This document shows, one piece after another, positions 12,116 through 26,319 of a DNA stretch of 64,000 nt. Each line of letters starts with the position of its first letter. Positions within the stretch are counted from its first letter, which is position 1. The translations under genes were made by a program, and so were the position numbers. Source of the stretch: Selaginella moellendorffii (lineage: Eukaryota; Plantae; Lycopodiophyta); assembly GCF_000143415.4 (NCBI RefSeq), contig NW_003314322.1, positions 435,430 to 499,429 of the forward strand, written 5' to 3'. The notes under the pieces are model-generated. The model saw nothing but the letters and a program-made list of their open reading frames with translations. It was not told the DNA's origin and searched no databases.

Positions 12116-15100
12116 ATGTCTCAGAAGCGCAGGCTGGTCAGCCTCAGCAGCAGCAATACCCCTGGCGGCTGTGCGAGTGGCGGCGGCGGCGGCGGCGACT
12201 CCCCCTCCACCATCATCATGTCCGCCACCAAGAAGCCCAAGTCACTCGAGTCTGCCGCCATGGACAAGAATGGGGTGGAAGGCTTGAGCTCGGAGCAGGG
12301 CATGGTTGTGGATGTCAAGGCGACGGGCCACGGGCTGAGCGTGGCCAGCCCCGTCACCGCAGTCGGCCTCGCCGGCGGAAGCAACAGCACCGGGACAACG
12401 GCCAATCTCAGCCGCAAGAAGGCAACGCCGCCCCAGCCGACCAAGAAGCTGGTCATCAAGCCCTTCAAAGGTATCCATTCCATCCTTCAAAGCCTTTCCT
12501 TAAACCCCTGTCGCATTTCTGGCAGACAAGCCCAAGCTGCCGGCCAACTTTGAAGACGCTACCTGGGACAAGATTAGAGCCGCCGTGAGCGCCATCCACG
12601 TAAAGCAGCCCGTCTCTTGTAGTCTCGAGCAGCTCTATCAGGTATCGTATTCGTTCTTCTCCTTCAAAATCTTCTGTTTTGCTTCATCGGGTGTGTCTCA
12701 GAACGTGGAAGATCTGTGCTTGCACAAGCTTTCGGGAAACCTGTACCAGCGTCTGCAACAAGAATGTGAAACGCACATTTCCGCCAAGCTGAATGCTTTG
12801 GTCGGCCAGAGCCCTGATCCCGTCGTCTTTCTCTCCCATGTGGAAAGATGCTGGCAGGATCACTGCGACCAAATGCTCATGATAAGGAGCATTGCGCTCT
12901 ACCTTGACCGCACCTACGTCATACAAAACTCCAGCGTGCGCTCACTCTGGGACATGGGCTTGCAGCTCTTTCGGAAGCATCTCACGTCTTGTCCGGAGGT
13001 TGAGCACAAGACAGTTACTGGGATACTGAGGCTCATTGAGAAGGAAAGGTACGCAAAGCAGTGATAGACATCGAGGAGCACTCTTAACTATCTTTCTGCA
13101 TTGCTCAGGACGGGGGAAACTGTTGATCGCACACTTCTTAAGCATCTCTTGAGAATGTTTAGTGCGCTTGGAACATACAGTGAAAGCTTTGAGAAACCAT
13201 TTATCGACTGCACGGCTGAGTTTTACGCGGCTGAAGGAACACGATACATGCAACAGACTGATGTGCCTGACTACCTTAGGCACGTAGAGGTATGCAGGTT
13301 TTCTGCTGTAGCGCTGGTGTTGATCCTCGAATGCTGAATTATAGGCCAGGTTGCACGAAGAGAACGAGAGATGCTTGCTTTATCTGGACGCCAACACTCG
13401 TAAGCACTTGATATCTACCTCAGAGAAGCAGTTGCTTGAGCGCCATTCTCCCACCATTTTGGATAAGGTTCTTCTTTTCCTTTCGTACGCAACGGCTTAC
13501 TTTCGCGGCCTTTGCAGGGTTTTGGAATGCTTATGGACGCAAATCGTGTCGCGGACCTTCACCGTATGTACCTTTTACTTGCCAGAGTCGGTGCACTGGA
13601 GTCTCTAAAGCAAGCCCTTAGTGCGTACATCAAGGCAACTGGTCATAGCATTATCGTGGACGAGGAGAAGGACAAGGACATGGTTTCTACGCTGCTGGAT
13701 TTCAAGGCCCGGCTTGATATGATCTGGGAGGAAAGCTTTTCGAAGAACGAACCGTTTGCAAACACAATCAAAGAGGCGTTTGAGCATCTTATAAATTTGA
13801 GACAGGTTGGTAATACTTTTACAACAACGTTGTTATTTTTTCTGAGTTTTGTTCTGTGCTGATTTTAGAACCGACCTGCGGAGCTCATTGCTAAATTTAT
13901 AGATGGGAAGCTAAGAGCTGGGAACAAAGGAACGTCTGAAGAAGAACTCGAGAGTATGCTTGACAAAGTTTTGGTCCTTTTCAGATACATTCAAGTGAGG
14001 CTACTCTTTATCTAGAATAGGTTTTATCTGACTCTTTTCTTTGATTTTTGCAGGGTAAGGATGTCTTTGAAGCATTTTACAAAAAGGATCTGGCAAAACG
14101 CTTGCTATTGGGCAAAAGCGCATCTATCGATGCTGAAAAGTCCATGATTTCGAAGGTACTTTTTCATACTTGACTAGTTTCAGCGTTAAGCTTTGTTGTG
14201 TTCCAGCTAAAAACTGAGTGTGGTAGTCAATTTACAAATAAACTCGAAGGAATGTTCAAGGTACGCCTGTATTTTTTTGTATCCAATCAGCATCTTTGCC
14301 GAGCATTGAGTTCCCAGGACATTGAACTTTCAAGGGAAATAAACGAGTCCTTTAAGCAATCCTCACAAGCCAGGACAAAGCTACCAGCTGGAATTGAGAT
14401 GAATGTGCATGTGTTGACCACTGGGTATGAGCAGATCACTTGGTTTTTGCTATTTGACGCCCTTGCATGCACGCAGGTATTGGCCTACGTACCCGCCTAT
14501 GGATATTCGTCTTCCTCATGAACTCAATGTCTATCAGGTGCCTCGTGTTCTGGCTATCAAAATTCGCGTTTTGATTTAATTGTCATTTCTCGCAGGACAT
14601 ATTCAAGCAATTTTACTTGAGCAAGCACAGTGGCAGGCGGCTGATGTGGCAGAATTCTTTGGGTCATTGTGTTTTGAAAGCCGAGTTTCCCAAGGGTAAG
14701 AGGGAACTATCTGTTTCACTATTTCAGGTGAGCTTCCTTTCTGAGCGGTGGTGTGGAAGTTCTAAGCTAAAATTCCCAGACGGTGGTACTTATGCTTTTC
14801 AACGATTCATTAAGGCTTAGCTTTCAAGACATAAAGGACTCAACGGGTATTGAAGACAAAGAGCTCCGCAGGACTCTGCAGTCCTTGGCTTGCGGCAAGG
14901 TTCGAATTTTGCAAAAGGTGGGCACGGAAATCTTCTCTTTAGCTAGACTCATGTTGAGCTACCAGCAACCCAAAGGGAGAGAGGTGGAGGACGACGACGT
15001 GTTTACGTTCAATGAGGACTTCACGGCTCCTTTGTTCCGGATCAAGGTTTTGGACATGCCTAACGCGAAATTGGCCGTCCTCATCCTCCTTTGTTTTCAG

Positions 15101-15498
15101 GTGAATGCAATACAGCTGAAAGAGACGGTTGAAGAGAATGCAAGTACCACAGAGAGAGTATTCCAGGATCGGCAGTATCAGGTTTGCATGGGGGGATGGG
15201 TGCTGCTTGGGGTTCCTCTCACTTGAGAGCTTGATTGCAGATTGATGCGGCCATTGTAAGAATTATGAAGACTAGGAAGGTCCTGAGCCACACGTTACTG
15301 ATAACGGAGCTGTTCCAACAGGTAAGGCCTGGCTGCTGTTGGAATGTGGTGCCGACGCTGTATATGTTTTTTGTGTGTGACCAGCTCAAGTTCCCTATAA
15401 AGCCAGCGGACTTGAAGAAACGTATCGAGAGCCTGATCGACCGCGAGTACTTGGAGCGAGACAAGAACAACCCTCAGGTATACAATTATCTCGCATGA
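12116..15498 (+). CDS. CUL4: Cullin-4, multi-exon
   Basis: [14 protein letters not shown]; [11 protein letters not shown]; [17 protein letters not shown]; [12 protein letters not shown]; [13 protein letters not shown]; [16 protein letters not shown]. Confidence 0.97.
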
Positions 15499-15668
15499 AT
15501 GCCATGGCGACCACGCATTTGTACTCTCTGGGTTGTGTGAGTGTGTACGAGCTCAAGGGCCTCGTGTTGGTGTACATGGTGTGGTTTATAGACATACATA
15601 ATTGGGCAATTTCGGTTAGGAGGGACGATACAACGAAACGGAAGCAGCGGCAGCGCGTGTGGCGAGTG

Positions 15669-17775
<2,107 letters not shown>

Positions 17776-17839
17776 CTTGTTGGATGATGACGATAAACGT
17801 AATAAGAGTTGATTCGCTAGGCTAGGGCTGCAGGGATAG

Positions 17840-18490
17840 ATGGCCGCCGCTGTTCGCAAGCCACGCATCATCTTGGCCGCGAGCGGTAGTGTGGCGGCCA
17901 TCAAGTTTGGGATACTGGCGGAGAGCCTGGCGGACTGGGCCGAGGTCAAGGCCGTTGCCACCAAGTCCGCCTTGCACTTCATCGACAAAAAAGCCCTGCC
18001 GCCGTCGGTGACGCTCTACACGGACGAGGAGGAGTGGTCGAGCTGGCGGAAGCTGGGCGACAATGTGCTCCACATCGAGCTTCGCCAGTGGGCGGATGCC
18101 ATGGTGATCGCACCGCTGTCGGCAAACACGCTGGCCAAGGTTTGTTCCCTCTCCACTGCTTGCCTGCCTAGTGACGCGCGTTTGCTGGGTGCGCAGATAT
18201 CGGCTGGGCTGTGCGACAACCTGCTGTCGTGCATCGTTCGGGCATGGGACTACTCCAAGCTGCTCTTCGTGTCGCCAGCCATGAACACCTTCATGTGGAA
18301 CAGCCCATTTACAGAGCGCCACCTGAGCAGCGTCGAAGAGCTGGGGATGGTGGTCATTTCACCCGTAACCAAGAAGCTGGCGTGTGGGGACTTTGGCAAC
18401 GGGGCCATGGCCGAACCTGGGACCATCGATTCCACCATAAGGTTAGCTCTAGAAAAGAGGATACATCCGGCTAGCATGTCAACCATTTGA
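17840..18490 (+). CDS. HAL3: Phosphopantothenoylcysteine decarboxylase (HAL3/PPCDC), intron 18140-18196
   Basis: RIILAASGSVAAIK; VLHIELRQWAD; APLSANTLAK; PAMNTFMW; KKLACGDFGNGAM. Confidence 0.95.
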   Translation: MAAAVRKPRIILAASGSVAAIKFGILAESLADWAEVKAVATKSALHFIDKKALPPSVTLYTDEEEWSSWRKLGDNVLHIELRQWADAMVIAPLSANTLAKVCSLSTACLPSDARLLGAQISAGLCDNLLSCIVRAWDYSKLLFVSPAMNTFMWNSPFTERHLSSVEELGMVVISPVTKKLACGDFGNGAMAEPGTIDSTIRLALEKRIHPASMSTI

Positions 18491-19234
18491 TGAGTGATGC
18501 GACGGCACCGGGTGCTTGATCAGCAACTTGATCATGAGTAGCAGGGTGGAGGACGCTACAGCCTTGGGCTGCGGCCATTTGGCGTTGAGTGGCACGGGGA
18601 CGCGCCGGTAGCCTTGGCTCTTGTACAGGGTAACGGCGGCGCCATTGCAGGCGTCGCAGTGAAGCGCAATGGAGCGGCAGCCCCAACCCCGGGCAACTTG
18701 TTCCGACTGTGTGAGCAGTCGCTTGGCAATGCCCCTCCGTCGGAACTCGTGGCGAACAGCAACGTTGGAGACGTAAGCAATGCCAGTCCTAGTTATATAG
18801 TAAGGCTCTCACGAGCATCATCTAGCATGGGCATGGGCATGGGTTGATTGTTTACCTCCTGCACCCAGACGGCCTCCTCCGGGGCAAGAAGTCGCCAACC
18901 TTGTCAATGGTGAGGATCCCGGACACCACCTGGACGCCGCCTAGCGTCTCCTCCACCGCAACCAGGTACTTCTTGTGCTCAAACGGGAGGCTCCCGGCCA
19001 GCGCCATGGTCCTGCATACGTGCATCAAACACACAGGCAGCAGCAACCTCGTCCCGCCCACCTGTCCAGCCGGAGAGCAAAGTCCATGACTGCGCCCTGG
19101 TGCGGCAAGAAGCTGCTGCAGTGCGTGTCGGCAATCTGCCACGCATCCTGGATCCGAGCCTCCCGGACGCAGCTCGCACCTGGTGCTGCCCGTGCTTGGC
19201 AAAGAACCATTGGAGCTGTTGGGACCAAGCCCAT
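18479..19234 (-). CDS. GCN5-related N-acetyltransferase (GNAT), 3 exons
   Basis: Exons 19234-19062, 19011-~18856 and 18788-18479 splice in phase. The last exon, missed by the ORF track, reads TGIAYVSNVAVRHEFRRRGIAKRLL...ALHCDACNGAAVTLYKSQGY (acetyl-CoA-binding RxxGxA motif). Confidence 0.88.
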
Positions 19235-19301
19235 CCTCCTGGGTGTTTAGGTAAAAATGCAAGCACGATGGGGTCATTAGGGCAGATCCAGCGGCGCTAG
19301 G

Positions 19302-20886
19302 ATGAGAGGGCGGGGTCACACAGGCGCCCCCCAGCGAGGAAGCATGACTTCCTTGATTCTCATCATGCTCTCCTTCATGGCCTGCTTTTACATCGGTGGG
19401 AGGTATGGTATGCTCTCATCACTTGTGCCACATCCTCCTTTCTGCTCTTCCAGGCTGTGGCAGGATGCCGAGACTCGGCTGCTGCTTGTTGGGCTGATCG
19501 AGAAAAATGAGGGAAAGGTGGTGTGAAAAAAGCCTGGGGTCTCGACGGGTTTCTTACCTCCTTCCTTTATTTTTTCCTCAGGGACAGGCCGTATCGGTGG
19601 ACGAGACCCTCAAGCTGATCGACTGCAAGTAAGGAATGGCTGACAGTTTACAACTTTGAAACATTTTGGTCACAACAGGGACCAGAAGAAGAGAGTGTCG
19701 GCGCTAGAGATGGAGCTGGCGGCGGCCAAGAGCCAAGGCTTCAGTACGCGAAGGCTGCGAGCTGAGAACCAAACAAGGGCTGCAGGACGGCTACATGTTG
19801 TCATGGGCATCAATACTGGATTCGGGCAGCATGCCAGGCGCGATTCCATTCGAAACACCTGGATGCCGAAAGGTATCCAACTCTGTCTATTATCATCTCG
19901 CTCATATCGCTGCTCTGTCTTGCAAGGGACGGCTTTGAAGAAACTGGAGGATGACAAGGGCGTCGTCATCCGTTTCGTTGTGGGGAGAAGGTAAGCAATG
20001 CTTGCTTGCGTGCTTCCTCTCAAGGGTGGTGGATGACAGCGCAAACAGAGGGGACAGCCTAGATCGATTTATTGACGACGAAAACAACAGAACACATGAC
20101 TTCCTTATTCTGGTAACTCGGCTTTGTTCTTGTATGCCTCACTAAAGCTTATCCGTGGCAGGACGACCATGTAGAAGAGCCGGAGGAGATACCGAGGAAA
20201 GCCAAAAAGTTTTTTGCCACTGCCGTCGAGACATGGGATGCAGACTTCTTCTTGAAGGTAGATGACGACGTTTATGTGAATATCGGTAAGCGTTGGCCAT
20301 TACTCTCCTTCCGCAGACTTTTAACTTCTCCACAGATAAGCTAGGCGAGATGCTTGCTCAGCACTGGGACAAGCCCAGGATATACATCGGGTGCATGAAG
20401 TCTGGTGAAGTGTTCTCCGACTCGTAAGTTCTCCCAATTTTGAAACGCTCGGTGGTGATCAGCTTGTATCCCTCTAGAAAGCAGCGGTGGTACGAGCCCG
20501 AGTGGTGGAAGTTTGGCGATCAGAAGGGGTACGTGGCCCTGGATTTCTCTTGTTGATAAACATTGTCTGGATTGGCAGGTATATGCGTCATGCTGAGGCA
20601 CGGATGTATGGCGTGAGCAGGGCCTTGGCTCAGTACATTTCTATCAACAAGTAAGTTTTTGTCTTTGTGTTCTTTGGCCGAGTGCTTTGTCTAGTCCGGT
20701 TTTGCATGTGTATCGGCACGAGGATGTGATGGTGGGATCGTGGATGCTAGGACTAGACGTGGAGCACGTAGATGAGCGACGGCTCTGCTGCTCCAGTGGC
20801 CAAGCTGGTTTGTATCATATAGTTTTTGCGGTGCGGTTGCTTAGTCGTTGCAATATGTGCCAGGTGCTGTTTGTGCTGCCTCGTAA
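19302..20886 (+). CDS. GT31 beta-1,3-galactosyltransferase family protein, multi-exon
   Basis: N-terminal TM; LEMELAAAKSQG; VMGINTGF...RRDSIRNTWMP; IRFVVGRS; FFLKVDDDVYVN; YIGCMKSGEV; HEDVMVGSWMLGLDV. Confidence 0.92.
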
Positions 20887-20967
20887 CACTGCGTTTTTGG
20901 CTGGATACCTTGGTGTTTGTTAAGTAAAGGTTTCATGAGCTCTCTGGTCGTAGGCTTAGGGTTTTAG

Positions 20968-23134
20968 ATGTGGAGAGGACCATCCTCTCTCTTTTGTAGG
21001 TATGTAGCATCTGAAGCTGCCAGATTTTCGGTCCATGTAAGTACGTTTTTTTATCTTCCCCTAGCTCTCACTGGGTTCTTCTGTTTTGGGCCAGCAATCC
21101 GAGGGAGCTATCCAGGAGTTTGACAAGCTGCGTGACAGTGGGGTTGCAGCAAGCACCTACATTCTCCTTGCTTCGCTCAAAGCGTGTTCCAGCTCCAGGG
21201 ATATACAGGCCGGGATGAGAATCCATGCATACGTGACGGAGAGTGGGGACGACCGGGATTTGACTGTAGCCAACACGCTTGTGTATATGTACGCCAAGTG
21301 CGGGAAAATGTGGGAGGCTCGAATGGTGTTTGACAGTATGGCGCAGCGGTCCTTGGTTTCGTGGAACGCGGTCATGTTTGGCTACGCCGAGGCTGGAGAT
21401 GCTGGACAGCCACTACATTTACTTCGGCAGATGCAGGCGGATGGCTTCCGTCCAAACAGCCTGACTTACATGGCGGTGCTCAAGGCGTGTGCAGCCTGTG
21501 GTGCAGAACAGGGTAAAGAGCCGCCTCAGCTCCTGCTACTTGAGACAGGAAAGGCTATCCACAGTGAGTGCCGAGAGTGTGGGCACGAAGAAGACCCCAA
21601 GGTGGCGAGCACCCTGGTTGACATGTACGCCAAGTGCAGGAGCATGGTGGACGCCCGGCGGGTTTTCGACGGGATGAAGCATCGGTCGTTGGTGGCGTGG
21701 AACTCGCTGCTTTTTGGATACGCGGACAGTGGACAGGGAGAACTGGCACTCCAGCTGTTCGCCCGGATGCAAGATGAAGGCCACACACCAGACGCAAGAA
21801 GCTACGTTGCTGCAGTCAAGGCCTGTGGCTGCTGTGCTGAGAAAGAAGAATGGAGGCAAGTTGGTGGAAGTCTGGTGGTGAAGCTAGCGTGGCTGGACAA
21901 GGGCATGGCTCTGCACTCCCAGGTTTCTCGTTGTGGCGACGAAGGCAACACCATAGTCGCCAACACCCTGCTGCACATGTATGTAAGCTGTGGGAGCCTT
22001 GAGGACGCTAGAAAGGTTTTTGACAAGATGCCACGGCACTCGGTTCTGTCTTGGAATGGTGTCATTGCTGGGTGCTGGGACAGGGGTGATCCTGAGCAAG
22101 CGCTCGAGATGACGGCCTCGATGCAAGACTACGGCCTCACGCCCAATGCTGCGACTTACATTGCCGCATTGAAGGCTTGCGTGAGGATTGCGGGCAGGGA
22201 TGGCCTTAGCAAGGGGCGAGCCGTGCACGCCCAGGCCAAGGCAGCGGGGCTTGAGGTGGACAGGCGGGTCTCAAGTACGCTTGTCAATATGTATGCCAAG
22301 TGCGGGAGCATGGATGATGCGTGCCGGGTGTTCGACGGTATGATGTTCCATGATGTTGTGTCGTGGAATGGGTTGATTCTGGGATATGTAGATGTGGGAG
22401 AGGCTGCCAAGGCACTCGAGTGCTATGCGCGGATGCAGCAGCAGGGATCAAGGCCGGATGCCCTCACTTTTGTGTCCGTTCTCAAAGCCTGTGCCCACCT
22501 CTCTCACCTCGAGGCTGGCAAGCGAGTTCACGAGCATCTGTGTAGTCGGGGAGTGGAACAAGAGTTGACGGTGGCCAACTCTTTGGTTGATTTCTATGGC
22601 AAGGCCGGAAGCATGCATGAGAGCCGTGGCATCTTCGAGTGCATGGGATTGCAGAGGGATGTAGTGACGTGGAACGCTTTGATGGCGGGATATGCACAGC
22701 AAGGGGACGCACAGGAGGTGGTCCGCTTGTTTGATCGGATGCAACAGCAGCCAGATCTGCGGCCCAACAGCATTACGTTCTTGTGTGTGATCAAGGCCTG
22801 CAGTCATGCCGGGCTGGTGGACACGGGCAAGCACTGCTTCGATCTCATGCAGCTGGGAGCCTGCCTTGTGCCTGGGATCGAGCATTACAGCGCCTTACTG
22901 GATCTCTTGGCCCGTGCAAACCGACTAGACGATGCGCTAGCTTTGCTCACAGGGATGCCCTGCGCGCCGGATCAGGCCATGTGGATGACGGTCTTGACTG
23001 CTGCTCGCAAGTGGAGTAACCTCGAGGTTGCAAGGGTAGCTTTTGAGTCGATTGCGAGAATGAGAGAGGAAGACTCCGCTGCATACGTCGTTTTGGCCAA
23101 CACGTATGCGGCAGCTGGCGATGTCCCGGATTGA
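20968..23134 (+). CDS. PLS-class pentatricopeptide repeat protein ending in the E domain (no DYW)
   Basis: Repeated (N/S)TLVxMYAKCG...ARxVFD...VSWN motifs; ACSHAGLV, EHYSALLDLLAR, AYVVLANTYA. Short first exon (ATG 20968) joins via intron 21037-21064. Confidence 0.92.
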
Positions 23135-24004
23135 TTCAAGGAAATGCATTATCGGCGTCTCAAGAGCGAAGTACGGCTTCCCGGACAGTAGAACGGCAGA
23201 ATTTGGTGTGATTTCCAGGAGGAACACTGCCACCTCTTGGCCTTTGGTTGGTTCAGAGCCATGCCATGGGAGGTGAAGTTGCTGTCGAATGGTTGTGAAC
23301 GCCGTGGGAGGAATGGTGTCGCCCCCCAACCCCCTGGGAGGAACGGCTATGCCAGCTCTGCTATGAGGAGGTGGAGAGTGACAACCTTCCTCGACTGTCG
23401 AGTACAGTCTGTGTCCGCCTTGCCGTGAGAATTTTTCTTTGTTTCCGGCCAAGCGGCTGTGGTATTTGGGTAGTTTCTTGTATGTCTTGAAGGGTTTTTC
23501 CATCCATAATACTGGGTTGTAAATTGTGTTTTCCAGTAGGAGAGATCCATTGCGTCCAAACCCGCAGTCTGTGCCACCCATAGATGACCAATTTTGGAAG
23601 CTTGTCGTCATCTGAGTGTGCGAGTAAGCACAAGAAATATTGCATGGTGTTCTTCCAGACTTCAAGCTGCACTGGCAGGAATCCCGCGAGATACTTTCGG
23701 GCAGCCGAATTCCTTGAGAATAAACGTATGGATTTTCTCGACTTGCCTCCAGAAGTACTTGGTCAGACCTGCCCAGTTCATGTAGATCGCGAGGAGGAGA
23801 TACGTGGCGATGGCGGGAGCTTGGACGATCCGGCACCAGCGTCGCCACGCTTGGTAGCAGCGCCGTCACCACGTCAGATGTGGAGGTTGGCGGCCTTGGA
23901 CCTCACGGCCTCTCCCGAGAGGTGGTGGTGCCTCAATTGCATCAATACACGGACCACCAATGGTGTTGGTGACCAGCGCAGTCAGTTGGGTGTCCCCTGT
24001 GCTT

Positions 24005-24950
24005 TCAGTAAAGCTTTCTTGATGTACGGTGCGTAGTGGGATCAAGTGACCTGTGCTGGGGGCGAAACCCTGCCTGGGCTGTTATGCGTTTCCCCTCTTG
24101 CTCACCGCGTTTCTCTACCATGGTAGCGAAGGGCTTGGAGAAAATGGAAGAAACCAGTATAGTGCGATAATTCATGGGGAGTAACTCGTTGCCACTCTTG
24201 TGTGTAGGCACTATACGGTTCATAGTCCATTGTCTCGGGAAAGTATCCCATCAAAGATGCATCCTAGGACCCTTCAGGCAGATTTCCTTGCAAGGATCTC
24301 CGCCGTGAGGTCATGCATAGCCGGTCTTTTGCGAGGGAGATTTCCAATAGCCCGAACTAGCTCTTCGACAGTGAAGTGAGTGTGTCCCATTTGTGAATGA
24401 TTGGTGGAAAGACCGGACTGTAGAGCTCTCGGAGGTATGCCACCCAGATTTCCGCGCCTGTCAGTTCAACTGTTCGAGCGTTCTCCCATATACGGCATCG
24501 CATCTAGCTTTTTGCTTCTTTAGCGTGTACCATTCCTTGCATTCCTCATCCCACCATGGAGAGTTGGGAAAGCCAGGGCGTCTTTGGGTGGAATGTCGTG
24601 GACAAGTGAATTGTGCCGCTGTTGTGAGGACTTTGATCAAGAGCTCTGCGTAGTCCTCTTTCCGTGTGACAGGGGCTGAGGCCGCCCAGAGATCGCATAC
24701 CCGTTGAGCATATAACTCTCGACGATCATCCACCAACCTGTATGTGATTTAGGCGGGAAGCTCCCTGGGAGGAGTGACGGCTGGGATCTCTAAGGATGTC
24801 CTTAATGGACAGTGATCTGCCGTTTCCAGAGGTGGAAGTCCACCACAGGGTGGACATAATCCACTGTGCTACTGATCCCCAACTTGTTTGGCATGTGTGA
24901 GGCCATGGCAGCGATTGAAAATAATCATGCCATGCATAGAACACACCTCG
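24005..24950 (-). mobile_element. Degenerate non-LTR retrotransposon (LINE) ORF2 remnant
   Basis: RT N-terminal motifs RIVPTHKSG...NYRTI...QAGFRP (24005-24223) and linker SPWWDEEC (24461-24736); fragmented frames. Confidence 0.72.
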
Positions 24951-25338
24951 ATGAGTTGGCTCCCTGTCGTGATTACCGCCTCATCCTGGGTAAATGTCCG
25001 TGCAAAGTCTGCCCCTCTTGGTCGTGAAGGTTCCCAGTGCGGCGTGAATCCTCACTGGTAAATGCAAATATGCTGGGTGAAACACTGAAAAACACCAGCC
25101 TATTAGAGGAATGTTGGTGTGGAATCTTGAGGGCACCATGGCAATGATAGAAATGAGGACGACAGGCTCGTGGCGTCCACGCGCGGCGTGCGTGCTGAAC
25201 ACGTATGTAGGTACCGAAGCGTGAGGCTGACGTGCTAAACCACGTGTTTGAGCATCCACGTCGGACTGCTCCATCGTTTAGGGCAGCCCGACGATCTGCA
25301 AGGAAAATCCAGCTCAGTGGCAATTGGGGCAGCGAGAC

Positions 25339-26319
25339 ATGACGCAGGAAGTTTGTGAGCAAAGGCCAAGGTTTGATTTCTCCTCCTTGATTTGCAAGTC
25401 ACACAGCTTGTGTCCAGTGGCCCGGCGGGCACGAGCTTGGTGTCCCGGAAAGTACACAAGGCCGACAGAGAGAAATTGAGACGCGACAAGCTGAATGAGC
25501 AGTTCGCAGAGCTAGCAGCAGTCCTAGGTGGGTCTTGTGTTGTGCAATTGCCGTATTCATCGTCCCTTTTTCTTCTCTTGGGCGCAGACCCGGAGAAGCC
25601 AAAGCAAGACAAAGCCAGTATCCTGGGCGATAGCTTGCAAGCGGTAAAGAATCTGCGCGTGGAGATCAAACGGCTGAGGATCGAGCGGGGGACACTGTTT
25701 GACGAGTCGCGAGACGTAAGTGTGTGGGGTATGAGGTATTGTGGGAGGAGCAATCGTGTGTTGCTTGCAGCTCAAGCGAGAGAGGGACGATCTTGAGGAA
25801 GAAAAGGCAGCGCTTGAGAAGCAAACAGATGAGTTGGAGGTGCAGGTGCAGCAGCTATTCAGGTCGGCGGCAGCGGTTCCATGTTTCAAGCAGCCGGCAG
25901 CACCGGGTCCGTCGCCAGCTTTTGCGGCTGCTGCTACCACCTTGCGTCCCCACGTCGCGCCACCCCTTAACACTGCCAATCCCTTCGTCTACTTGACGTC
26001 GCCGTCCTCTTGCATGGGGCGTGTGGAGAGGCCATGTGCACAGTATCCAGTAGCTGATTTCCTCAGCAAAGTGCAGTCTAGCCATGGCTTCCAACCGACT
26101 GGCCGAGGCGCGCCTCCTCTGGGGCCGGGCAGCCGCCGGGGTGACCATCACGTCCAGCAGTGCTGCCTGGGTTGTCGGGACGGCGATAGCGACGACATCC
26201 AGCTCCACCTGGGTCAACCACCCAGTCGCCACGAGATTGACACGGATCTCCATCTGCAACTCAGTTCCAGTCCATCCAGCTCCTCGGCTGCAAAAGGCGC
26301 CAGCTTATGTCCCTCGTGA
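25339..26319 (+). CDS. bHLH transcription factor, subgroup IVb-like (bHLH-ZIP)
   Basis: RKVHKADREKLRRDKLNEQFAELAAVL/DPEKPKQDKASILGDS...; zipper LKRERDDLEEEKAALEKQTDELE; C-terminal LxLxL-type motifs. Confidence 0.88.

Noticed and set aside
22937-23872. 311-aa - strand ORF
   Set aside because: No recognisable motifs, partly antisense to the PPR; treated as spurious.
23728-24036. MDFLDLPPEVLG as an F-box start
   Set aside because: Similarity stops after ~12 residues and the ORF runs into a LINE remnant; insufficient support.
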